This document shows positions 40,888-50,227 of a stretch of 64,000 nucleotides of DNA, piece by piece (position 1 is the first letter of the stretch; each line of letters starts with the position of its first letter). Both the position numbers and the translations under genes were made by a program. The DNA lies in the NCBI GenBank assembly GCA_044228445.1, contig JBGAUV010000002.1:19219-83218 (forward strand), given 5' to 3'. Source of the stretch: Minisyncoccia bacterium (lineage in GTDB: Bacteria > Patescibacteriota > Minisyncoccia > Phycocordibacterales > PALSA-1337). The notes under the pieces were generated by a model, which was given only the letters and a program-made list of their open reading frames with translations, had not been told where the DNA came from and did not search any database.

Positions 40888-41199
40888 ATGAATAATGATC
40901 AACAGTTTTTGGAATATGTAGTTAAAGCTCTAGTTGAAAATCCAAATGAAGTAAAAATAACTAGAACAGTAGATGAAATGGGAGTTCTTATGACTTTGGA
41001 AGTAGGGGCAGCTGATATGGGAAAGGTGATTGGAAGATCTGGAAATACTGCAAAGGCCATTAGAACACTATTACGTGTTGTTGGAATGAAAAATAACTCT
41101 AGAGTTAATTTGAAGATTAATGAACCAGAGGGAAGTGTAAGACCAAGTGAAAAAGCTTCAAAGACAGTAGATGAAGCAATGGCAGATCTAAAGATATAA
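40888..41199 (+). CDS. KH-domain RNA-binding protein (KhpA/YlqC-like, UPF0109)
   Basis: The KH fold carries GKVIGRSGNTAKAIRTLL (a GxxG loop). The gene holds the conserved position after rpsP. Confidence 0.75.
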   Translation: MNNDQQFLEYVVKALVENPNEVKITRTVDEMGVLMTLEVGAADMGKVIGRSGNTAKAIRTLLRVVGMKNNSRVNLKINEPEGSVRPSEKASKTVDEAMADLKI

Positions 41200-41208
41200 A
41201 GATAAGAA

Positions 41209-41240
41209 AAACAAAAAATACCGAAAGGTATTTTTTGTTT
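41209..41240 (+). terminator. intrinsic terminator
   Basis: The sequence is aaaaaataccgaaaggtattttttgtttt. Confidence 0.6.
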
Positions 41241-41286
41241 TATATAACAATAGTGTTACAATAGGTTTTTAGAAAGGGAAAGTACC

Positions 41287-41613
41287 ATGAAAACAAAAAC
41301 AGTAGTGGTTACAATGTGTTTACCTTTAAATCTAGAGCAAGAAAGGAGGGGTAGTATATTTACTAAGAGATTTGATATTGAACCCGATTCAGAATTTTTT
41401 GATAGGATTTCTATTGGACAAATCGTATCTTTAGGAGGAAGGTGGTGTACTATAGAAAGAGAGAATTATGGAATATTCTATGCAATCACTTTTTTAAATA
41501 AAAGGGAAGTGGAAGATGATAAAATAGATAAACTAGTTGAACAAGGTTGGGTAGTTCATACTGAAAGTCCTAGACAGTATGAATATACAAGAGATTTTTC
41601 GGTAACACATTAA
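41287..41613 (+). CDS. hypothetical protein (orphan gene inserted in rpsP-khpA-trmD cluster)
   Basis: The 108-aa ORF has its own terminator (CAAACCCC...GGGGTTTG, 41617-41652). Confidence 0.4.
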   Translation: MKTKTVVVTMCLPLNLEQERRGSIFTKRFDIEPDSEFFDRISIGQIVSLGGRWCTIERENYGIFYAITFLNKREVEDDKIDKLVEQGWVVHTESPRQYEYTRDFSVTH

Positions 41614-41723
41614 CCCAACAAACCCCGGTAGTTTCTATTGGGGTTTGTGTATTTACTAATTTAAGTTAAAGGTGTATTGTTTTTCTTAAAAAGCACATAA
41701 AATTCAAAAAGAGAAAGGGAGGT

Positions 41724-42032
41724 ATGAAGGTTACATTCAAGATGTCGGTATATAGACTGAAGGATGATAATGGTGATGAAATTCGTGGGAACAAAACTCC
41801 ATTAATGATTGGGGAATATTTCGATGATATCAATTCTTCAGATTATCAGGTAGGTCAAAATATGGCCCTTCTACGTAATTGTTGGATAATTACAGGTTTT
41901 GATAAGAAGAATCTCGTCGTTACTTTGGAAAAGAATGTTAGTGACGGATATGGTTTACATTGCCTTAAAACTGATTTCGGATTCCTTGTAGATGAAACTC
42001 AGGCAACTGGAGTATTTTCCAGCCTGAAATGA
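41724..42032 (+). CDS. hypothetical protein (orphan gene inserted in rpsP-khpA-trmD cluster)
   Basis: The 102-aa ORF has its own terminator (CCGTGGT-acaatgtg-ACCACGG plus T7, 42063-42095), which abuts the trmD start. Confidence 0.4.
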   Translation: MKVTFKMSVYRLKDDNGDEIRGNKTPLMIGEYFDDINSSDYQVGQNMALLRNCWIITGFDKKNLVVTLEKNVSDGYGLHCLKTDFGFLVDETQATGVFSSLK

Positions 42033-42093
42033 GAAATCGAAATGATTTACAACTCAAAAAATCCGTGGTACAATGTGACCACGGTATTTTTTT

Positions 42094-42744
42094 ATGACAT
42101 TTCATATAATTTCACTTTTCCCAGACTCTTTTACCTCATATTTAAATGAGTCTATTTTAAAGCGTGCAATAAATAATAAAAAGATAAAGGTTAAATTCTA
42201 TAACCCAAGGGATTTTAGTAATGTAGAAAGAGCAAGGGTAGATGATAAACCTTATGGTGGTGGTCCAGGTATGGTTATTCAGGCTTTACCAGTTATAAAA
42301 GCTATAGAAAAAGCTATCGGTAAAAAGAGTACAAAAAAGAAGATTAAAATAGTCTGGCTAACACCTAGTGGTAAACAATTTGATACAAAGTATGCAAAAG
42401 ATATAGCAAATAAATATACAGATATAATAATTATTTGTGGTAGATATGAAGGCATAGATGCGCGTGTAAAAAAAGTATATAAAGTTGAAGAGATTTCAGT
42501 TGGTCCTTTTGTATTAACAGGTGGAGAACTACCCGCAATGATAATGATTGATTGTATAGGAAGACAAGTCGAAGGAGTTTTGGGAGATTTTAATTCTTTA
42601 GAAGAAAATAGAATAGCTTCAAGTGATGTTTATACAAGACCTGAAATTATAGTGTATAAAGGTAAAAAGATAAGAGTTCCAAAAATACTTCTTTCAGGTG
42701 ATCATAAAAAGATAGAGGAGTGGAGACAAAATAGAGATAAATAA
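42094..42744 (+). CDS. trmD: tRNA (guanine37-N1)-methyltransferase
   Basis: The sequence reads MTFHIISLFPDSF...RVDDKPYGGGPGMV and carries the SPOUT knot motifs. Confidence 0.9.
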   Translation: MTFHIISLFPDSFTSYLNESILKRAINNKKIKVKFYNPRDFSNVERARVDDKPYGGGPGMVIQALPVIKAIEKAIGKKSTKKKIKIVWLTPSGKQFDTKYAKDIANKYTDIIIICGRYEGIDARVKKVYKVEEISVGPFVLTGGELPAMIMIDCIGRQVEGVLGDFNSLEENRIASSDVYTRPEIIVYKGKKIRVPKILLSGDHKKIEEWRQNRDK

Positions 42745-42752
42745 ATTTATAT

Positions 42753-43169
42753 TTGAATTTAATCAATACATGTAGTAATGTTTCCTTCAGACAACTTAGG
42801 AGGGAATATATGGGTGATTCAATTACCGACTTTATCGATTCATTGTATGGGGAATCCACATTTAGTTTTACATTCATGAATATACCATTCTGTGGAGACA
42901 TCTGTGATATGTGGTATTACCCAAGACATGAAAAGGGTCAGAAGAAACTGGTAATTCAGTTAAGCACACTACGGATGCTAATTCTTTACGGAACAAATGA
43001 GAGATGTCGACCAAGATTCAGGTACGTTTTGATACTTAATGGATCGCATATTGAGACAAGAGGTAGAGAATTGATAATATCTCTAAATACAAGAATTCAA
43101 GAAAATGGTCACATGATAGGACCAATAGTATCAATTAGGAAGTTGGATGATACTATATACACAACATAA
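42753..43169 (+). CDS. hypothetical protein (orphan gene; occupies position where rplS usually follows trmD)
   Basis: The ORF is 138 aa, or about 119 aa from the internal ATG at 42811. It is GC-richer than its neighbours. Confidence 0.4.
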   Translation: MNLINTCSNVSFRQLRREYMGDSITDFIDSLYGESTFSFTFMNIPFCGDICDMWYYPRHEKGQKKLVIQLSTLRMLILYGTNERCRPRFRYVLILNGSHIETRGRELIISLNTRIQENGHMIGPIVSIRKLDDTIYTT

Positions 43170-43202
43170 CCCCGACGAAATAAGTCGGGGTTGGTTTTTA
43201 TA
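43170..43202 (+). terminator. intrinsic terminator
   Basis: The sequence is aaCCCCGACgaaataaGTCGGGGttggttttta. Confidence 0.6.
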
Positions 43203-43260
43203 ACTTATCCCCTTGACTTTTAAATGGGGTTTTGATAGGCTCAGGAGAACTTCAATCTGA

Positions 43261-46200
43261 TTGAGTTACTCCTTATTTGAAGGATTAATTGGCTTAACAT
43301 TATCCTTTTTCATGCAAAAGACAAAAAAGTATTTTAGTCGTTTCAAACAACCTTTAACGACTATACCTAACCTTGTTGAATCACAAATAAATTCATTCAA
43401 CTGGCTAATAGAAAATGGTATAGGAGAAGTACTAAAAGAGTTTTCACCAATAAGAGACTATGCTGGTAAGAAGTTTGAACTATCTTTTACAAATTTCAAA
43501 CTTACAAAGCCAAAGTTTGACGAACATTATGCAAAAGTAAATAAACTTTCATATGAAGGTCAAATAGAAGTAACTGTTAAATTAAAGAATAAAACAATAG
43601 GAGAAGAGAAAGAGCAGGAGATTTTCCTTGCTGATTTTCCAATGATGACAGATCACGGTACTTTCATTATAAACGGTATTGAAAGAGTAATATCACCACA
43701 ACTAGCGCGTTCATTCGGTATTTTCTTTACAGTAAATGATGTTAAAGGAAAGAATTATTTCGGAGCAAAGGTAATACCAGCTCGTGGGGTGTGGATGGAA
43801 ATAGAAACAGATACAGATGGTACTGTTTATGCTCGTATAGATAGAAAGAGAAAGTTTCCAATTACTTCTCTAATGAGAATACTTGGTGCAGATACAAATG
43901 AAAAAATCCTTGAACTATTTAAAAATGATGAAAAAGCTAAAAAAGTAATTGAACTTACACTTGCAAAGGATCATGCAAAGAATACTGATGATGCATATAT
44001 AGAAATACATAAGAGACTTCGTGATGGAGATCCAGCTACAGCTGATAATGCTCGTGAATTTATTGGAGGTATATTTAATGCTGATAGATACGATATTTCA
44101 AGAGTAGGACGTTTCCGTTTCAATAAGCGTTTCGGAAAGTCTATGGATGAAAAGGAAATGGAAAGAAAGACAGTAGATGTAAATGATATTGCTACAATAA
44201 TATCTCATATAACTACTCTAAATAATACTCCAGATGCAGTAGAAGATGATATTGATCACCTTGGTTCAAGACGTGTTAGATATGTTGGTGAACTTCTACA
44301 ACAAAAACTACGTTTAGGGGTTACACAAATGAAGAGAAATATTCAGGATAAAATGTCTACAGTTGAACCTGATGTTACTTTACCTGTTACATTTATTTAC
44401 CCTCGTCCTCTTCAAGCTCGTATAAAAGAATTTTATACTACAAACCAGTTATCACAGTTTATGCAACAAGAAAATGTTCTAACAGAAATAGAACATCTTC
44501 GTACTCTTACAGCTCTAGGTCCTGGAGGTCTAACTCGTGAAAGAGCAGGCTTTGAAGTTCGTGACGTACACCCATCACACTACGGTCGTCTATGTCCTAT
44601 ACATACACCAGAAGGTCCAAACATTGGTCTTGTGCTACGTCTATCTACTTTTGCAAGAATAAATGATTTTGGAATGATTGAAACTCCATATGCAAAAGTA
44701 AAGAATGGAAAAGTAACTGATGAAATTGTTTATTTGAATGCTCTAGAAGAAGAGAATTATAGAATTGCACACGCCGCAACACCTTATGATACAAATGGAA
44801 AAATATCTGTAGATGAAGTGGAAGTTCGTATAAATGGTAAACCAGGACTTTCAAAGAAAGAAGAAGTTGACTATATAGACGTATCTACAAATCAAGCTTT
44901 CTCTATTGCTACATCACTTATTCCTTTCCTAAACCACGACGATGCAAACCGTGCACTCATGGGATCAAACATGCAAAAGCAAGCTACACCTTGTCTTATA
45001 CCAGAAGCACCTCTAGTTGCTACAGGAATTGAAAAGAAATCTGTAATTGATACAGGAAGAATTGTATTGGCACCAGAAGATGGAGAAATTACTTATGTAG
45101 ATTCAAGAAAAGTAGTTTTGAATGATAAAAAAGGTAAAAAACATGAATATAACCTTGTTCATTATTCAAGAACAAATGGTTTCACTGCTTTCCATCAAAG
45201 ACCTATTATTTCTCTTGGAGATAAAGTAAAGAAGGGTGATGTTCTAGTAGATACATCAACTTCAGATGGTGGAGAAATTGCTCTAGGACAAAACATGCTA
45301 GTTGCTTTCATGTCTTGGTCAGGAAATAACTATGAAGACGCTATTATTCTTTCAGAAAGAGTAGTAAAGGATAGTAAGTGGAGTTCAATACACATAGAAG
45401 AATTCGTTGTAAATGTTCGTGATACAAAACTAGGTCCAGAAGTTACAACTTGTGATATTCCAAACGTTGGTGAAGCAAAACTAAAAAATCTAGCAGAAGA
45501 TGGAGTGATTCGTGTTGGAGCAGAAGTACGTTCAGGAGATATCTTGGTTGGAAAAATCTCTCCAAAAGGCGAAACACAACTTACACCTGAAGAAAGACTA
45601 CTTAGATCAATATTCGGAGAAAAAGCTCGTGATGTAAAAGATACATCAAAGAGAATGGAAGGAGGAAAGAAAGGACGTGTTATATCAGTAAAAATATTCT
45701 CAAGAGATAAAGGAGATAAACTAGAATCAGGAATTATAAAGAAAATATATATTGAAGTTGCTCAAGTAAGAAATGTTTCTGTGGGAGACAAGCTTGCTGG
45801 TCGTCACGGTAACAAAGGAGTTATTTCAAAGATTTTACCAGAAGAAGATATGCCATGTATGGAAGATGGTCGTCCTATCGATGTTATTCTTACACCACTT
45901 GGAGTTCCAAGCCGTATGAACCTTGGACAGATACTAGAACTTCACCTTGGTCTTGCTGCAAATACTCTGGGTTATCAAGCTATAGTTCCACCATTTGCAG
46001 GAGCTACAGATATTGAAATAAAAGAAGAATTAAAGAAAGCTGGTTTTGCTGAAAACGGAAAAATGAAACTACGTGATGGTAGAACAGGAGAATACTTTGA
46101 TCAACCAATTGCAGTTGGATACATGTATATATTGAAACTTCATCACATGGTGGAAGATAAGATACACATGCGTTCTATCGGACCTTACTCACTTATTACT

Positions 46201-46482
46201 CAACAGCCACTTGGAGGAAAAGCTCAAGGAGGAGGACAGAGATTTGGAGAAATGGAAGTCTGGGCACTACTTGGTCACGGAGCTGCTTATACTCTACGTG
46301 AAATATTGACTATAAAGTCAGACGATATACAAGGACGTTCACAGGCATTCGATTCTATAGTTAAGGGTGAAAGATTGAAGCAACCAAACCTTCCTGCATC
46401 ATTCAATGTTCTTTTGAAATCACTTCGTGGATTGGCACTAGATGTCGAACTAGTTAAGAAAGATGGTGAAGAGATTGAATAA
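43261..46482 (+). CDS. rpoB: DNA-directed RNA polymerase subunit beta
   Basis: Conserved rpoB regions run throughout (RF..ERV, GPGGLTRERAGFEVRDVH, NMQKQA, GRHGNKGV...). The start is ambiguous between TTG at 43261 and ATG at 43312. Confidence 0.9.
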   Translation: MSYSLFEGLIGLTLSFFMQKTKKYFSRFKQPLTTIPNLVESQINSFNWLIENGIGEVLKEFSPIRDYAGKKFELSFTNFKLTKPKFDEHYAKVNKLSYEGQIEVTVKLKNKTIGEEKEQEIFLADFPMMTDHGTFIINGIERVISPQLARSFGIFFTVNDVKGKNYFGAKVIPARGVWMEIETDTDGTVYARIDRKRKFPITSLMRILGADTNEKILELFKNDEKAKKVIELTLAKDHAKNTDDAYIEIHKRLRDGDPATADNAREFIGGIFNADRYDISRVGRFRFNKRFGKSMDEKEMERKTVDVNDIATIISHITTLNNTPDAVEDDIDHLGSRRVRYVGELLQQKLRLGVTQMKRNIQDKMSTVEPDVTLPVTFIYPRPLQARIKEFYTTNQLSQFMQQENVLTEIEHLRTLTALGPGGLTRERAGFEVRDVHPSHYGRLCPIHTPEGPNIGLVLRLSTFARINDFGMIETPYAKVKNGKVTDEIVYLNALEEENYRIAHAATPYDTNGKISVDEVEVRINGKPGLSKKEEVDYIDVSTNQAFSIATSLIPFLNHDDANRALMGSNMQKQATPCLIPEAPLVATGIEKKSVIDTGRIVLAPEDGEITYVDSRKVVLNDKKGKKHEYNLVHYSRTNGFTAFHQRPIISLGDKVKKGDVLVDTSTSDGGEIALGQNMLVAFMSWSGNNYEDAIILSERVVKDSKWSSIHIEEFVVNVRDTKLGPEVTTCDIPNVGEAKLKNLAEDGVIRVGAEVRSGDILVGKISPKGETQLTPEERLLRSIFGEKARDVKDTSKRMEGGKKGRVISVKIFSRDKGDKLESGIIKKIYIEVAQVRNVSVGDKLAGRHGNKGVISKILPEEDMPCMEDGRPIDVILTPLGVPSRMNLGQILELHLGLAANTLGYQAIVPPFAGATDIEIKEELKKAGFAENGKMKLRDGRTGEYFDQPIAVGYMYILKLHHMVEDKIHMRSIGPYSLITQQPLGGKAQGGGQRFGEMEVWALLGHGAAYTLREILTIKSDDIQGRSQAFDSIVKGERLKQPNLPASFNVLLKSLRGLALDVELVKKDGEEIE

Positions 46483-46515
46483 GATTAACAGTATAGAAAT
46501 AATAAAAACAAAACC

Positions 46516-49500
46516 ATGCAAAATAATATAAATAAAAATATGGACATAAAAGATTTCGATGCTGTTCGTCTTGGTGTAGCAAGCCCAGAGAGAATTGCAG
46601 AATGGTCATACGGTGAGATTACTCGCCCTGAGACTATAAACTATAGAACTCAAAGATCTGAAAAAGGAGGACTTTTTGATGAAAAAATCTTCGGTCCAGA
46701 TCATGACTATGAATGTTACTGTGGAAAGTATAGAGGAATAAGATATAAGGGAATAGTTTGTGAAAAATGTGGAGTTGAAATAACACGCTCAATAGTTCGT
46801 CGTGAAAGAATGGGACATATAGAGCTAGCAACACCGGTATCACATATATGGTTCCTACGTTCTATGCCATCTCGTATAGGACTTGTAATGGGTATGTCTA
46901 CAAGCGATCTTGAAAAAGTAGTTTATTTCGCTGGATATATCGTTACAAAGGTTCATGAAGAAGAAAAAGAAAAATTCATTAAAGATCTAGATAGTGAATA
47001 TAAGTCAAAGGTAAAACAAGCACAGGATGATAAGACAAAAGAAATGTTAAAAGAGCTTGTTGTTACTGCTAGAAAAGAAATAGAAAACCTAACTCCAGGT
47101 TTTGTTATGGATGAAGTTGAATATCATAAATATTCAATGAAATATGGCTCACTATTCGAAGCAAATATAGGTGCTGAAGCTATATTTGAAATTCTAAAGA
47201 AACTTGATTTGAAGAAACTTCATGCAGATCTAGAAAAAGAATTTACAGAAGCAAGTACACTTGATAAAGAAAAACTTGCAAAGAGAATTTCTTTGATAAA
47301 ATCAATGATAACATCAGGAATAAGACCAGAATGGATGTTCTTAACACGTATTCCAGTTATTCCACCAGCACTTCGTCCTATGGTTGCTCTAGATGGAGGT
47401 AGATATGCAACTTCAGATATAAACGACCTATACAGAAGAGTAATAAATAGAAATAATCGTCTATTAAAGCTAAAAGAAATTTCAGCCCCAGATGTTATTT
47501 TGAGAAATGAAAAGAGAATTCTACAAGAAGCAGTCGATGCCCTTATAGACAATTCAATAAGACATGGAAGTACAACAGGTGTATCTGCAATACAAGCTCA
47601 AAAGCATGCTCTAAAATCACTTTCAGATAATTTAAAGAGTAAGAGAGGTTTGTTCCGTCAAAACCTTCTAGGTAAGCGTGTGGACTATTCAGGACGTTCA
47701 GTTATTGTTGTTGGTCCAGAACTTGCTCTTGATCAGTGTGGTCTACCAAAACACATGGCTCTTGAACTATTTAAACCTTTCATAATTTCAGGTCTTCTAA
47801 AGAGAGAACTAGCATATAACATAAGAGGCGCAGGAAAATTGATCGATGAAGGAGCAAAAGAAGTTTGGGAAATTCTAGAAGAAGTAATACAAGGTAAATA
47901 TGTACTTCTAAACCGTGCTCCAACTCTACACAGACTTGGTATTCAAGCTTTCCGTCCAGTTCTAATAGAAGGTAATGCTATTCAAGTTCACCCACTTGTA
48001 TGTACAGCTTTCAATGCTGACTTCGATGGAGACCAAATGGCCGTTCACGTTCCACTTGGAGTTGAAGCTCAACTAGAAGCAAAAGAAATCATGGCTTCTG
48101 ATAAGAATATTCTAAAGCCAGGAAATGGAGATCCTACAGTTGCTTCAAAACTTCTAGATATAGTTCTAGGTTGTTTCTGGGTAACAAAAACTGTTACAGG
48201 AGATAAAGGAGAGGGAATGATATTTGAAAGTCCAGAAGATGCAGTTATTGCACATAACTTCGGAGTTGTTGGATATAGAGCAAAAATAAAAGTATTGCCT
48301 CCACAAAATTCTCAAAAGTATGCACAATTTGAAGGAAAAGTATTTGAAACTACAGTTGGACGTATATTATTCAATGAAATACTTCCTATAGAATATTCAT
48401 TCATAAATAAAGAAATAAACCGTGATAAATTGTCAGGAATAATTGATGATTTATTAACTCAAAATGGAATGGAAAAGCTTCCACAAGTTCTAGATAAGAT
48501 AAAGGCTTTCGGTTTCAAGTACGCAACACACTCAGGTACAACTTGGGGTATTGATGATGTTGTTATACCAAAGGGTAAAGCTGCAGTTATTACAGCTGCA
48601 AAGATTAAGTCAGAAGAAATTGTAAATCAATTCAATGAAGGTCTACTTTCTGAAGATGAAAGAATGAGAAAGAATATTGAAATATGGCATAAGACAAAGA
48701 ATGAAGTTGAAAAACTTATTCCAGATGCTCTAGATAAAATGGGTTCAGTTTATGATATGGTTTATTCAAAGGCTAGAGGATCTCTATCACAGATTACACA
48801 AATGGTAGGTATGAAAGGTCTTATTTCATCAACTTCAGGACAAACAATTGAATTCCCAATTATATCTTGTTCAAAAGAAGGACTTACACCTATTGAATAC
48901 TTCATTACAACTCACGGTTCAAGAAAAGGTCTTACAGATACAGCTTTGAATACTGCAAAAGCAGGTTATCTAACAAGAAAACTATTCGTTGTTGCTCAAG
49001 ATGTAATGGTAAGTGAAACTGATTGTGGAACAAAGGATTCAATAGTAATAAATAAACAAACAGCTTCAGGTATCGATATACCATTATCAAAGAATATAAG
49101 AGGAAGAGTAATTGCTTCTGATATTGAAACTCCAGATGGAAATGTAATATTCAAGAAAGGACATCTTCTTTCAAAACAAGATGCACTTAAGGTAGAAGAA
49201 TCAGGAGTTACATCAGTAAGAGTTCGTTCACCACTATCATGTAAGAGTGTAAGAGGTGTTTGTGCACTATGTTACGGTACAGATCTAGGAAAGAATAAAC
49301 TAGTAGAAGTAGGAGAAGCAGTAGGTACTGTTGCAGGACAAGCAATTGGAGAACCAGGAACACAGCTTACAATGAGAACATTCCATGCCGGAGGAACAGC
49401 TTCACAAGGAGGAGATATTGTTAGTGGTCTACCAAGAGTTGAAGAAGTTTTTGAAAAGAGAAGACCAAAGAATCCTGCTGTAGTTGCTACTGTTGACGGT

Positions 49501-50193
49501 GTTGTAAGTGAAGTAAAAGATCTAGGAAAAGAAAAGGTAATAAGAGTAATTCCAGAACTAGAAGATAGATCAAAATCAAAGAAAGGAAGTGAAATTGAAT
49601 ATCTATTCAATAATAAAAGAGTTGCACTTGTAAAGGCAGGAGATCATGTTAAAAAAGGAGATATATTAACAGATGGTTCTGCTGATATTGATGATGTATT
49701 CACATATGGAGGTTCTGATAAAGCAAAAGAATACGTTATTAATGAAGTTGGAAAGATTTATGAACTACAAGGAGAAACAGTTTCAAGAAAGCATATTGAG
49801 ATAATAGTAAGACAAATGTTCTCAAGAAAGAAGGTTGTAGCTTCAGGAGATACAGATTTAGTTGAAGGTATGTTGGTGGATGATACTTATCTACAAGAAG
49901 AGAATATGAAGGCAAAGAAAGATGGGTTAGAACCTGCAAAAGCTGAAGGAGTAGTAATGGGTATTGCTGAAGTGTCACTATCAAGAAAGAGTTTCCTATC
50001 TGCAGCTTCATTCCAACACACTACAAAAGTGCTTATAAATAGTGCAATAAGAGGTGCTGAAGACGATCTAGTTGGTTTGATGGAGAATGTTATAATCGGA
50101 AGATTAATACCAGCAGGTACAGGATTTGCAGGAAGTGAAAAGCAAAAACTAATGGAAACAATACAACCAGTAGAACAAGTTGAAATCGAATAG
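46516..50193 (+). CDS. rpoC: DNA-directed RNA polymerase subunit beta'
   Basis: The zinc finger CYCGKYRGIRYKGIVCEKCG, the catalytic NADFDGDQMAVHVP and the trigger-loop region are present. Confidence 0.95.
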   Translation: MQNNINKNMDIKDFDAVRLGVASPERIAEWSYGEITRPETINYRTQRSEKGGLFDEKIFGPDHDYECYCGKYRGIRYKGIVCEKCGVEITRSIVRRERMGHIELATPVSHIWFLRSMPSRIGLVMGMSTSDLEKVVYFAGYIVTKVHEEEKEKFIKDLDSEYKSKVKQAQDDKTKEMLKELVVTARKEIENLTPGFVMDEVEYHKYSMKYGSLFEANIGAEAIFEILKKLDLKKLHADLEKEFTEASTLDKEKLAKRISLIKSMITSGIRPEWMFLTRIPVIPPALRPMVALDGGRYATSDINDLYRRVINRNNRLLKLKEISAPDVILRNEKRILQEAVDALIDNSIRHGSTTGVSAIQAQKHALKSLSDNLKSKRGLFRQNLLGKRVDYSGRSVIVVGPELALDQCGLPKHMALELFKPFIISGLLKRELAYNIRGAGKLIDEGAKEVWEILEEVIQGKYVLLNRAPTLHRLGIQAFRPVLIEGNAIQVHPLVCTAFNADFDGDQMAVHVPLGVEAQLEAKEIMASDKNILKPGNGDPTVASKLLDIVLGCFWVTKTVTGDKGEGMIFESPEDAVIAHNFGVVGYRAKIKVLPPQNSQKYAQFEGKVFETTVGRILFNEILPIEYSFINKEINRDKLSGIIDDLLTQNGMEKLPQVLDKIKAFGFKYATHSGTTWGIDDVVIPKGKAAVITAAKIKSEEIVNQFNEGLLSEDERMRKNIEIWHKTKNEVEKLIPDALDKMGSVYDMVYSKARGSLSQITQMVGMKGLISSTSGQTIEFPIISCSKEGLTPIEYFITTHGSRKGLTDTALNTAKAGYLTRKLFVVAQDVMVSETDCGTKDSIVINKQTASGIDIPLSKNIRGRVIASDIETPDGNVIFKKGHLLSKQDALKVEESGVTSVRVRSPLSCKSVRGVCALCYGTDLGKNKLVEVGEAVGTVAGQAIGEPGTQLTMRTFHAGGTASQGGDIVSGLPRVEEVFEKRRPKNPAVVATVDGVVSEVKDLGKEKVIRVIPELEDRSKSKKGSEIEYLFNNKRVALVKAGDHVKKGDILTDGSADIDDVFTYGGSDKAKEYVINEVGKIYELQGETVSRKHIEIIVRQMFSRKKVVASGDTDLVEGMLVDDTYLQEENMKAKKDGLEPAKAEGVVMGIAEVSLSRKSFLSAASFQHTTKVLINSAIRGAEDDLVGLMENVIIGRLIPAGTGFAGSEKQKLMETIQPVEQVEIE

Positions 50194-50227
50194 TTATTTA
50201 GGTTTTAATAAAAGGGTATAACCCTAT

